A stretch of 64,000 bases of DNA from the IMG/VR virus record IMGVR_UViG_3300017991_000009, positions 1 to 64,000 of that record; one strand, written 5' to 3'. Below the pieces are notes generated by a model. It worked only from the letters and a program-made list of their open reading frames with translations. It was not told the DNA's origin and did not search any database. Source of the stretch: a virus. This document shows, in pieces, positions 36,061-44,841 of this stretch. Every line of letters starts with the position of its first letter. Positions within the stretch are counted from its first letter, which is position 1. The position numbers were made by a program, and so were the translations under genes.

Positions 36061-37428
36061 ATGGAAGCGAACGTGAAGGTAGTACTGCTCGATCCCAAGT
36101 CGATCAAGGTAGGCTGGCGGGTCAGGAAAGACTACGGCGATCTGAAGGAGCTTGCCGACTCTATCAGCGAAATAGGCCAGCTACAGCCCGCGGTGGTCAG
36201 GCAGAACGCAAAAGGTGAGTATGTGATTATCGCCGGCCTGCGGCGGGTCAGGGCTTGCCGGATGTTGGGCATCAAGGTCCGCGTGACGGTGATGGCTCCC
36301 GAGAGCGAGGAGCACAACCTGGTCATGCAGTTGGCCGAGAACGTCAAGCGGAAGGGCTTCGATAAGCTCGAGGTGGCCGAGGGTCTCAAGAGGTACCAGC
36401 GGGTGTACGCGAAGATGCACCCAGAGACGGCGTCTGGGGCCACCGGCCGCGGCCGGGCGAAGTCCAAGGATGCGGCGCCGCGCTTCACCCTGGTGGCGGC
36501 GAGGCAACTCGGCGTGTCCGAAACGGTGGTGATGGACCTCATGGGGATCGCCAATCTGCCAGCGGACGAGAAGAAGGAGGTAGAGAAGGCCAGCACTACC
36601 AGGGAGCGCAACGTCGCCGCTACCAAGGCCCTCAGCAAGGTCAGGTACACCCGCAAGGTGCAAAAGCTGGAGGATGAGGGTGAGAAGAAGGCCAAGGCGC
36701 GAGCAAAGAAGGCCAAGGCGAAGGGTAAGCCCGCGCCGAAGGCCCCTCCCGTGTCCTTCTTCCTGGGTGCGTGGGAGGGCAAGATCAAAGACCTCGAACC
36801 GGAGTCGGTTGACCTTGTGCTCACTGATCCTCAGTACAACCTCGAACGGAGTTTGATTGCTCACGCGGAGCGGTCAAGCATCAACGAGGATGTAGACTGG
36901 GACAAGTTGGACGTTGGGTGGGTGTCGGCCATTGCCGATTCTGGCGTGCTTGCAAAGAACTCGACTATCGTTGCTCACTGTCCCCTGGAGGCAATCGGAG
37001 ACTACAAGTGGGTGATGGGGAAGGCGGGGCTGAAGTATCGCGGTGCACTCATCTGGCACAAGACAAACCCCGGCACCGCGCACCGTAACACCTACTTGTC
37101 CTCTTGCGAGGCTATCGTGTGGGCCACCAAGGGCAAGGGAGGTACCTTTGTTCCCTTCAGCAACGCGGGAGTGAAGGACGCCCACAACTTCATCGAGGGG
37201 CCGATCTGCGGCGGTAACGAGAGGCTGAAACACCCTGCCCAGAAGCCGCTGTGGTTGATTCGCAAGCTCCTCAAGCGCCACTCTCAGAAGGGCGATGTGG
37301 TGCTTGATCTCTTTGCTGGCACGGGGACGACCTTGGTTGCTTGCAGGGAGATGAAGTTGCAGTGCATCGGGATCGAGAAGTCCCGCAAGTACGCCCGGCT
37401 CCTGCGGGCGCGACTCGAGGTGATGTAG
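36061..37428 (+). CDS. ParB/Srx domain fused to a beta-class N6A/N4C DNA methyltransferase
   Basis: LADSI..IGQLQP.VV, IAGLRR.RA, QLAEN..R (ParB); DLVLTDPQY, HPAQKP, VLDLFAGTGTT (methyltransferase). Confidence 0.9.
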   Translation: MEANVKVVLLDPKSIKVGWRVRKDYGDLKELADSISEIGQLQPAVVRQNAKGEYVIIAGLRRVRACRMLGIKVRVTVMAPESEEHNLVMQLAENVKRKGFDKLEVAEGLKRYQRVYAKMHPETASGATGRGRAKSKDAAPRFTLVAARQLGVSETVVMDLMGIANLPADEKKEVEKASTTRERNVAATKALSKVRYTRKVQKLEDEGEKKAKARAKKAKAKGKPAPKAPPVSFFLGAWEGKIKDLEPESVDLVLTDPQYNLERSLIAHAERSSINEDVDWDKLDVGWVSAIADSGVLAKNSTIVAHCPLEAIGDYKWVMGKAGLKYRGALIWHKTNPGTAHRNTYLSSCEAIVWATKGKGGTFVPFSNAGVKDAHNFIEGPICGGNERLKHPAQKPLWLIRKLLKRHSQKGDVVLDLFAGTGTTLVACREMKLQCIGIEKSRKYARLLRARLEVM

Positions 37429-37429
37429 G

Positions 37430-37654
37430 GTGGATAGTATCGACGAGATCTTGGCCCAAATGAGGGCTGGGATCATCACGGTAGACGATATGCCTGCAGG
37501 TGTCTTGATCATTGAGAATTACTTGATGATCAATGTCGGTGGGCCTTCACCTGATTGGGTGAACGAGCTTGCCGCGTCACCTGTAGGCGAACGTCTCCTC
37601 CGCCGGATACTCGCCGGCATCGTGAGAAGGAGCAAGGTGACAGGTGCATACTAG
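37430..37654 (+). CDS. Hypothetical protein
   Basis: GAGGTG RBS; fills the gap. Confidence 0.5.
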   Translation: MDSIDEILAQMRAGIITVDDMPAGVLIIENYLMINVGGPSPDWVNELAASPVGERLLRRILAGIVRRSKVTGAY

Positions 37655-38426
37655 GATTATACGCAACGTCGTTACACTAAGGAGACCAACAGCGATAGTT
37701 GGGATTGACCCGTCTCTCCGCGGCCACGCCATGGCGCTTGTCCTCAACGACCGAGTGAAGGCGGTTATGGGGTGGACTGACAAGAAGACGTTACAGAGGA
37801 GGAACCCCGACACGCTCTGTTGGTTCAAGATGAGGGTGAACACGGACAGGGATCAGCAACACAGGTGCGCCCTCCTGTCCCGTTGGACGATCGCTAACAT
37901 CGCCGAGCTAGTCGGCGACTGTGTGGTGCACGTTGCGATGGAGGGTTACGCCTTCTCTAAGAACGACCGAGGGAACACCGGCATCCACGAGTTGTGTGGT
38001 GCGATCAAGCTGGGGCTATGGCACATGGGCATCCCTCTCCGAATCTACGACCCCTTGTCGGTCAAGTTGGCCTGGACCAACAACGGCCACGCAGACAAGG
38101 AAGAGATGAAGGAGGCATGCCTCAAGCTGTTCGGTTGGGACTTCGAGCGGCAGGGCTCCGCCGGCGCGGACCTGGCCGACGCGGTGTTGATAGCCAACTT
38201 ACTGCACGTGGAGCTAGAAGTGAGGGCAGGGAGGATTCAACTAGAAGAACTGCGGCCGAGCCTCAGACGGGTGCTACTCCGGGTTACCAAGAGTGAGCCC
38301 GAGGCGTTGATCACGCGGCCGTTTATCCATCCTGATGAAGTGGAACCCCCCGCGCCGATCTTGGGCGGGCCGGCCGAAAGTCGACTGCTAGGGCCAAGCT
38401 TTGGTACGATACCTGGCAGGAGGTAA
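37644..38426 (+). CDS. RuvC-like Holliday junction resolvase
   Basis: VGIDPSL, VAMEGYAF, EL.G.IK, P.SVK...NG.ADKEEM, DLADA. Confidence 0.85.
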   Translation: MHTRIIRNVVTLRRPTAIVGIDPSLRGHAMALVLNDRVKAVMGWTDKKTLQRRNPDTLCWFKMRVNTDRDQQHRCALLSRWTIANIAELVGDCVVHVAMEGYAFSKNDRGNTGIHELCGAIKLGLWHMGIPLRIYDPLSVKLAWTNNGHADKEEMKEACLKLFGWDFERQGSAGADLADAVLIANLLHVELEVRAGRIQLEELRPSLRRVLLRVTKSEPEALITRPFIHPDEVEPPAPILGGPAESRLLGPSFGTIPGRR

Positions 38427-38433
38427 CAAGGCC

Positions 38434-38835
38434 ATGCAAGTGATAGCAGGTGACCGTACAAACATGCACCAAGAGATGGTGCGGAGCGGAGTACACGAGA
38501 TGACTCAGGCAGAAGGAGCGTCGAGACTGAGGGGCTTACTCCTTGATGTAGTGAAGGAGTTGGTAGACAGGCCCGACAAAGTGGAGGTCACGCAGACCGT
38601 GTCCGACGGTGGCAACACAGTAGTGCTCACCGTTCGCACGGCCGATGGCGAGGTCGGGAAGGTGATCGGCCGCGGCGGTCGCAACGCGCAGGCTCTCCGT
38701 ATCCTGTTCGAGGCGATTGCCGCCAAGTACAAGCAACGTGTGGTGCTCGAGATCGCTGACTCAGACAATCCCCGCAGAAGGAGAAACAATGGATCGAAAG
38801 GCTCTAGAGGGCGCAATTCAGTGCGCGGTTCGTAG
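38434..38835 (+). CDS. KhpA/YlqC-like KH-domain RNA-binding protein
   Basis: VKELVDRPDKVEV...GKVIGRGGRNAQALR.L..A.A.K...RVVLEI. Confidence 0.88.
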   Translation: MQVIAGDRTNMHQEMVRSGVHEMTQAEGASRLRGLLLDVVKELVDRPDKVEVTQTVSDGGNTVVLTVRTADGEVGKVIGRGGRNAQALRILFEAIAAKYKQRVVLEIADSDNPRRRRNNGSKGSRGRNSVRGS

Positions 38836-39583
38836 CGGTATCTTCGTCGACAAGCGAGACGAGATGCCTAGGGGTAAGGGCGCATGGCCCGAGCGGGAGT
38901 GCGAGGATATTCTCGGCCAGTGTGCGCACCAAAACGGGTCGGCTAACTTCAACCGCCCCAAAGACACCGCTGGATACCATACCGGTGAGGACAACCACAT
39001 TACCCCTGGCACGGGGTTGCCCACGACCGTCTATCACATGATGTTTCCTGACCTGCCAGGTCCAGGGTGGTTGGTCACTGACCTGCTTGCCCGTACCTAT
39101 GGCCAGGGAGCCAGTGACAGAGGTGGCTACCCCGGAGATGAGAACACCCACTTGATCGCAATGCTGATCATGGGTGGGTACAAAGGCCCTGGGTACAAGG
39201 GCTACAAAGACAGGCCATCACCACACCAGATGTCAAACTTTTGGAAAGCCACTGCGTGGCTGCAACACGTATTCGGTTACGGTGATGAAGGTCTGTTCGG
39301 GCACTACCACTTCGGCAAGTCGGCATGCCCTGGTTATTACGTGATGGACAAGATTGAGGGCAAGCGAGCCGAAGCACCTGACCTCAAGACGGATAAGGAC
39401 TGGCAGGAGTCCCTGTTGCGGTGGGATGCTGATTGCCTGCCGCAGTTTGGTGCGGACGGCTGGTGGGGCAATGAAAGCAAGGCTGCCCTGCGACGATTCC
39501 AGTGCGCGATGAAGTTGCGGCAAACCGCATTGCAGGACCCCTTTTCAGAACTCGTGCTGTTAAAGAACTACCCACCTAATTAG
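38789..39583 (+). CDS. Endolysin: amidase_2-type N-acetylmuramoyl-L-alanine amidase with C-terminal peptidoglycan-binding domain
   Basis: CAHQ, YH, FGHYHFGKSACPG; GADGWWG.ES..ALRRFQ. Confidence 0.8.
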   Translation: MDRKALEGAIQCAVRSGIFVDKRDEMPRGKGAWPERECEDILGQCAHQNGSANFNRPKDTAGYHTGEDNHITPGTGLPTTVYHMMFPDLPGPGWLVTDLLARTYGQGASDRGGYPGDENTHLIAMLIMGGYKGPGYKGYKDRPSPHQMSNFWKATAWLQHVFGYGDEGLFGHYHFGKSACPGYYVMDKIEGKRAEAPDLKTDKDWQESLLRWDADCLPQFGADGWWGNESKAALRRFQCAMKLRQTALQDPFSELVLLKNYPPN

Positions 39584-39602
39584 TGGGGTGAGGAGGTGTG
39601 TT

Positions 39603-40058
39603 ATGCAGGATACTAATGTTCAGCCACTTAGAGTTTCTCACCACATGGACGGAGTTGTGAGGTCAGCCGATAGGCTATCAGACCTCGGCTTTTTGGAACG
39701 GCTGGTGAGGAAGGCGGCGAAAGCGGCTAACATGCGTGTCCTCAACATGACTACCTCTTGTATTGAGGAAGACCTCGCTAAGTTACGGATCACGCCCTTC
39801 GCGGATGAGGGAGGGTATTCAATCCTTTGTCTCATCTCTACCTCTCACATCGCACTTCACGTTTGGCCAGCCCGGCGGTGTTTCATGTTTGATGCCGTTA
39901 GCTGCCGGCCCTTTGAGCCGAAGGACGTGCATGATTTGATCAAGCGAGAACTGGAAGTGACTGGGATAAGTTACTGCGAAACCTACAGAGGGGATTATGA
40001 GTATCGTGATCGTTCGCCTGCTGTTGACGTTGGCGCTTGGCGACCCAGCGGGACTTAA
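39603..40058 (+). CDS. speD: S-adenosylmethionine decarboxylase proenzyme family
   Basis: GGYSILCLISTSHIALHVWP..FMFDAVSCRPF. Confidence 0.85.
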   Translation: MQDTNVQPLRVSHHMDGVVRSADRLSDLGFLERLVRKAAKAANMRVLNMTTSCIEEDLAKLRITPFADEGGYSILCLISTSHIALHVWPARRCFMFDAVSCRPFEPKDVHDLIKRELEVTGISYCETYRGDYEYRDRSPAVDVGAWRPSGT

Positions 40059-40554
40059 CGCCGTCCACGTAGATAAAGGTATCGCGTCACTCTACCGGCC
40101 GTGGAAGAAGAGTCGGTGGGTGCCATATGCGCGCTACCCAGGTAACTGGGGCGTCAAGCCCACGCCTCAAGATCTGGTGTGCGCTCACCGAACTCTACCC
40201 TTCGGTACGATTCTTAGACTGACGACAAGCAAGGGATCACCACCGGCTGTTTGCGTGGTGCTCGATCGCGGGCCTTTCGGCTACTGCTTACGAAAGCAGG
40301 GAAGCGGGGTGAAGTACTCGCCGCAGTGCCCGCGAGGATATCAGTATGTCGTGGCCGCTGGCGGTAAGGCTACGGTGCGAAAGTGGGAGAAGAAGGATGG
40401 ATTCTATCGAGGAATAATAGATGCTACACCAGCAGTGCATAAGTTAATGAGGTCAAAAGGGTGGACAGTCGTTCGAGTAGACAGACTCACCGGATTAGGA
40501 AGGTGGATGCACGTGCTAAGGCTGACAGACTTAGAACCAGACTTGTTCCTGTAG
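39997..40554 (+). CDS. RlpA-like double-psi beta-barrel secreted protein (lytic transglycosylase-like)
   Basis: Signal peptide; GIAS.Y, CAHRTLPFGT, V.DRGPF, IIDAT. Confidence 0.85.
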   Translation: MSIVIVRLLLTLALGDPAGLNAVHVDKGIASLYRPWKKSRWVPYARYPGNWGVKPTPQDLVCAHRTLPFGTILRLTTSKGSPPAVCVVLDRGPFGYCLRKQGSGVKYSPQCPRGYQYVVAAGGKATVRKWEKKDGFYRGIIDATPAVHKLMRSKGWTVVRVDRLTGLGRWMHVLRLTDLEPDLFL

Positions 40555-41144
40555 CAGGGTTGCAGCCTTGGCCGTGTGAACTCGAGGCAGCCTTTTACTG
40601 CCCCGAGAACGCTAGTGCATATCGTTTGCTCTGGTGCCCTAACTATGACGACTGCTTAGATATAGCCGCGATGGCGGACTGGTGCAGCTTCACCTGCAGG
40701 GCGTGCCCGGTGTATATGCTATTCGCCGACGATGCGCCACGGATAATCAGGAGAGTGAAAGATGAGCAACAGCACGAAGAACCCAAACCCAAAGGACGTA
40801 CAAAAAGCAGTAGGCGGAAACGGGGCCGGCAACGTGGTCCCTATGCGCGTGCCCCTCGTGGGCGGGAGAAGGAAGGAGCCGCCCATCCCACCAAAGGTCA
40901 AACGCCAGATGTTGGCCGAGTTCAAGAGATGGAAGAAGCACCTTCACGACTTGATCGATCGGGGCTCTCAGCTTCAGGTCAACGCGCAAACCTTCGAGTA
41001 CCAGTTTATCCTGCCCACGCAGTTGGTGAAGCTGGTGTGGGGAACCACGATGAAGGAGCGCATCAAGGCAGAGCAGGCGAACGGGTTGGAGAAGGAAGAG
41101 GCAGAGAAGGAGGCGGTGCGAAAGCTAAGGCAGGAGATGGATGA
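40461..41144 (+). CDS. Cys-rich protein; C-terminal half overlaps the next gene; start uncertain
   Basis: C..YDDCL..A....W.SFTC..CP domain. Confidence 0.5.
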   Translation: MDSRSSRQTHRIRKVDARAKADRLRTRLVPVAGLQPWPCELEAAFYCPENASAYRLLWCPNYDDCLDIAAMADWCSFTCRACPVYMLFADDAPRIIRRVKDEQQHEEPKPKGRTKSSRRKRGRQRGPYARAPRGREKEGAAHPTKGQTPDVGRVQEMEEAPSRLDRSGLSASGQRANLRVPVYPAHAVGEAGVGNHDEGAHQGRAGERVGEGRGREGGGAKAKAGDG

Positions 41145-41307
41145 GGGCCAGCAACTGATGATGGAGAAGGGCGCAGTAGAGCAGAGTGCGAGAGCGGAAG
41201 TTGATGAGGAAGAAGAAGCAAAACGAAACGAAGAAGCGGAAGCCCAGGCTAAAGCCAACCTCGAAAAATTCAGGGCGGACCTCATCTCAGGGAAAGCGTT
41301 CAAGTAG
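40762..41307 (+). CDS. Hypothetical helical protein
   Basis: AGGAG RBS; coiled coil. Confidence 0.65.
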   Translation: MSNSTKNPNPKDVQKAVGGNGAGNVVPMRVPLVGGRRKEPPIPPKVKRQMLAEFKRWKKHLHDLIDRGSQLQVNAQTFEYQFILPTQLVKLVWGTTMKERIKAEQANGLEKEEAEKEAVRKLRQEMDEGQQLMMEKGAVEQSARAEVDEEEEAKRNEEAEAQAKANLEKFRADLISGKAFK

Positions 41308-41535
41308 TAAGGGTTACTACTGGCGCAACGTAGTATGTGAAGGATGCCCGAGGAGATGCCGATACGCTGACTTCCGGTTGTTCGATGGCAACGCCTACCA
41401 GGAGATGCTTGCTTCTCTTTGGGACGAAAGCCCGGACCCCGCTGACTGGAAGTACAAGACACGCGGTGTGATCTTGGGTAAGCTTCACGAGTACAAACGC
41501 AAAGCCTGGGAGGAACATATCAACAAGTGCCCTGA

Positions 41536-42186
41536 GTGGAGGAACAGCGAGTGATTGATATCATCAAGTCACACCCGTGGACGTTTGCAGTCAGCATGCT
41601 CATCTCCCTAGTGGCCATCGCCGGCGTGATCTACGGAGTGATCACCAAGGGCCGGTGGAAGGACTACGGGCTCATGGTGCGCAATGGTTACAAGCTCCAC
41701 ATCAACCCGGCCGAGCTACCCATCCTGGTGTTCATGCACTCCAACGTCCCCAACTGGATCGCCGTCCTCTTCAACCAGGTGAGGGAAGAACTCAACAACA
41801 AGGTCGGCTTTGTCATGATGGGCAAGGCTGACGTGATACTGGTCCAGGGCTTGGACCTGGACAAGCTCCCCAAGGGCCACCTGGGCGTAGTCATGGGAGA
41901 AGACGAGAAGCACGGCCAGACCTACCACCGCTACGACAAGCGGACAGGAGAGATACTCTCCACCAAGATCACCCTGCCGCCCCTTGAACCCCTGGGCAAT
42001 CGTGATCTCCTGATGAAGGTAATCATGCACGAGGTTGGCCATGTATTCGGCCTGGCCCACGATGAGCGCAGGGACAGTATCATGCATCCCAGCATCCAAC
42101 ACAGGGCGCAGGCGTTCACCGAAGGCGACATCAACCTGTTGAGGGAAACCTACAACAAGAGAGGAGAGCAATCATGGAAGGCATGA
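41536..42186 (+). CDS. Membrane-anchored matrixin-like (metzincin) zinc protease
   Basis: N-terminal TM helix; HEVGHVFGLAH; Met-turn SIMHP. Confidence 0.88.
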   Translation: MEEQRVIDIIKSHPWTFAVSMLISLVAIAGVIYGVITKGRWKDYGLMVRNGYKLHINPAELPILVFMHSNVPNWIAVLFNQVREELNNKVGFVMMGKADVILVQGLDLDKLPKGHLGVVMGEDEKHGQTYHRYDKRTGEILSTKITLPPLEPLGNRDLLMKVIMHEVGHVFGLAHDERRDSIMHPSIQHRAQAFTEGDINLLRETYNKRGEQSWKA

Positions 42187-42355
42187 GCCACGGCGTGGAA
42201 GTACCCATCGGTTTCATCAAACGTAAAGACACCAAGGGAGCCGAGGTACTCACCCCCAGGAACATCATACCCCTGACTGTTGACACCGTGTCTTTACAGG
42301 AGGACAATGAATGTAAAGACAAAGAAGGAGTAGACAGGCGGTACGTGAGCGAAAG

Positions 42356-42592
42356 ATGAACATCCCCTCCCTCGTAGAAGCAAAGTGCAGTCACTGTGAC
42401 AGCGGGAAGGTAGATGTCGGCTCAATCCTCGGCCCCCAGGCGTGCTCTAGCTGCCTGGGTAGTGGATTTACCCTGGTCCAGCTTCCGACGCCTCCTGCAG
42501 CGGCTCAGAAGGCCAGGCGATGTCCCAAGTGTGGTGCATACACACGCAACTCTCTCCTCGCCCGCCTGTACCACGTATTTACCTGCAGATAG
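42356..42592 (+). CDS. Zn-finger protein
   Basis: CSHCDSG, CSSCLGSG, CPKC. Confidence 0.6.
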   Translation: MNIPSLVEAKCSHCDSGKVDVGSILGPQACSSCLGSGFTLVQLPTPPAAAQKARRCPKCGAYTRNSLLARLYHVFTCR

Positions 42593-42601
42593 GACAAGAA
42601 G

Positions 42602-43570
42602 ATGCCCAACAAACGCCTCCCCGCGGAGAAGCGGAAGCCAACCAAGTACAGTAAGCGTACCCTGATCAAAGCCCGCCGGCAGATCATCCTAAAGTTACAC
42701 ACCGAAGGCAAAACCAACATACAGATAGCGGAAGCGGTAGCCATTAACCCAGCTTTGGTACAAAGGGAGATAGACCTGGCTACCGAGGAGTTTCTCCGCT
42801 CTTGGGCAGAGCAAGGACCAGAGCACACGTTCGTCCGGTACGCTTCCTTCCAACTGAACATCGTGCGTAAGCTCCAAGCCGCCCACGACCGCTTCCTGAA
42901 GGACAAGCACAACAAGCAGTACAACGCGGCTATCTCTGCCCTCCGTGCCCAATCTGATATCTACGACAAGGTATTAGACAAGGGTATTACCTTTGGTGTC
43001 ATCGAACAAACGAAAGCAAAGGACCACATCCGCCAATCTTCAGGAGAGATACGTATCAGACTACAGAAAGAAGTACGTGTCCTCTCCCGCCTCCTAGAAG
43101 AGGTAGACAACCCACCTGGCCCGCCCCCTAAACAGCTTACCCTCCCCCCATCCACTGGTACTGATGATCTACAATCCGCTAGCACCCTTTACCCGATAAT
43201 CGTCAACCCCCTCATGGGTCCCCTAGGTGTAATCCGCGACATCCCAGATTGGAGATTGCGCAAACTTTCCCCCTCGCGTAAAGACAAATCCCCACCCCCT
43301 GTACCTACCTCAGAAGAGGAGAAGTTAGCTGCCCAGGCAACGTATTTACAGGCAGAGCTTGACCGTATCTCTTACCTGCAGGAAGAAGCTACCTCCCACC
43401 GTAAAGACACCAACATCATTGATATCGATCCCCAGGATGTAAATACAATAACCAATTCCCCGCCCCCAGGTAATAACAAACCTAACCCCGCTTCTAAGGA
43501 TAAGAGCAAGCAACCCAATCACCAGCAAGATACACAGGCAGGATGGTTGGTAAAGCCTATGAGAGGGTAG
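42602..43570 (+). CDS. HTH protein, putative terminase small subunit
   Basis: RRQ.ILKL..EG.T..QIAEAV.I HTH followed by helical oligomerisation-like region and disordered tail. Confidence 0.55.
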   Translation: MPNKRLPAEKRKPTKYSKRTLIKARRQIILKLHTEGKTNIQIAEAVAINPALVQREIDLATEEFLRSWAEQGPEHTFVRYASFQLNIVRKLQAAHDRFLKDKHNKQYNAAISALRAQSDIYDKVLDKGITFGVIEQTKAKDHIRQSSGEIRIRLQKEVRVLSRLLEEVDNPPGPPPKQLTLPPSTGTDDLQSASTLYPIIVNPLMGPLGVIRDIPDWRLRKLSPSRKDKSPPPVPTSEEEKLAAQATYLQAELDRISYLQEEATSHRKDTNIIDIDPQDVNTITNSPPPGNNKPNPASKDKSKQPNHQQDTQAGWLVKPMRG

Positions 43571-44048
43571 TATATACACACTACCTTCCCCAGGAAGTAA
43601 ATCCTACCAGTATCTGTTGAATAACCCCCCTTGTATGTCACAAGCACGCCCGTAGCTAGCCCAGTCCCCAGGAATCCCCACAACCACCAGGAGTGTACAT
43701 ACACCACCATTACCAGTAACAGCCTCCCTCCTAACATACCGGGGGGAGGTTAGATTACTGCTATGTGGGTAGAGGTGGGCCGGGGTTCCTACAATACACA
43801 AATGCCGCCAACTTCTGAGTAATCCATGTATATACACCACATACATACAAACAGGTAACAGGGGGAGCCCCGCATCTCACTGCTCTTGCCTCCATGGTGT
43901 ATATACAGTCCATATCTCCCACCCCTATCTCCTAGTTACACGCTCCCTCCTGTATATACAAGCCAGGGGAATCTCAGATGTATTTACGTGTTGACATCCA
44001 TCCCTTCCTGATGTAAATACAGACGTAGGATATCAGGGAGGTAAATAC
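43571..44048. promoter_or_regulatory. Non-coding control region with repeated TGTATATACA palindromes and a sigma70-type promoter
   Basis: TGTATATACA at 43827, 43898 and 43951; TTGACA-N17-TAAATA at 43991-44019. Confidence 0.7.
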
Positions 44049-44255
44049 ATGAGCGACGTAAAGACAAGGGAGGAAAACAGGAAGGCAGTTAATTTCAGGC
44101 TGCCACTCATCACCATCAGGAATCTGGGGAGGGAGGCACGACTGGGGAAGACAACGAGGACCAACGTGGTGGTGGAGGCGTTGGGGATGTACTTCAAGTG
44201 GAAGCAAAAGCGGAGGGACAAGGTAAGTACGGCAAGGAGGGAAAGAGGGAGGTAA
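44049..44255 (+). CDS. Ribbon-helix-helix transcription regulator
   Basis: KAVNFRLP...L...A....TRTNVVVEAL..Y. Confidence 0.7.
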   Translation: MSDVKTREENRKAVNFRLPLITIRNLGREARLGKTTRTNVVVEALGMYFKWKQKRRDKVSTARRERGR

Positions 44256-44262
44256 ATACAAG

Positions 44263-44577
44263 ATGAAGAAGAGCACGGGCGACAACTACCTATCCAGTTA
44301 CTGCAACCAGTACCACGAGAAGGCCACAGGGAAACCGATTGACCACGAGTGCAGGGTGATCCCACCGGCGGCGTTAGAGGCAGAGCGAGTCGGAGATACC
44401 GACTTGGCAATCCGGATACTGGAGCGGTGTGGGAAGTGCAGCAACTGCAAGAAGCTGGCGAGGGTACAACGAGCAGTGCTGAGGTGCTGCAACTCCCCCT
44501 TTAGTCACGCGGACCAGGACGTGATTGATTTATGGAACGCTGAGTTGGAGAGGTTGCCCTGTACTGGTAGGAGGTGA
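44263..44577 (+). CDS. Cys-rich hypothetical protein
   Basis: GGAGG RBS. Confidence 0.6.
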   Translation: MKKSTGDNYLSSYCNQYHEKATGKPIDHECRVIPPAALEAERVGDTDLAIRILERCGKCSNCKKLARVQRAVLRCCNSPFSHADQDVIDLWNAELERLPCTGRR

Positions 44578-44580
44578 ACA

Positions 44581-44841
44581 GTGAAAGAGAAAGCGGAGCA
44601 GGAAGCAATAGAGCAGATGAGGCAGTCGCCTTACAACTTTGATGATACGAGGTGGGCCGCGTATCAGAACCGGGCGCTGGATAGCGCGGGGCTGGGGCAC
44701 CTACAGTTCCTAGCGGTGGGCCCCAGGAACACGTACAAGGAGAAGCCGCCGCAGTTCCCGGACACGGCGCAAGGCGTGGGCTGGAAGTACAGGTTCGTTG
44801 GTTGGGTGGATCTGGGGACGGGGGAGATTCATGCTGACTGA
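44581..44841 (+). CDS. Hypothetical protein
   Basis: GGAGGTG RBS. Confidence 0.65.
   Translation: MKEKAEQEAIEQMRQSPYNFDDTRWAAYQNRALDSAGLGHLQFLAVGPRNTYKEKPPQFPDTAQGVGWKYRFVGWVDLGTGEIHAD

Noticed and set aside
39665-39692. Sixth copy of the 25-bp palindrome that would make the spacing regular
   Set aside because: Only a half-site-like TAGGCTATCAG with no matching right arm, so regular periodicity is not claimed
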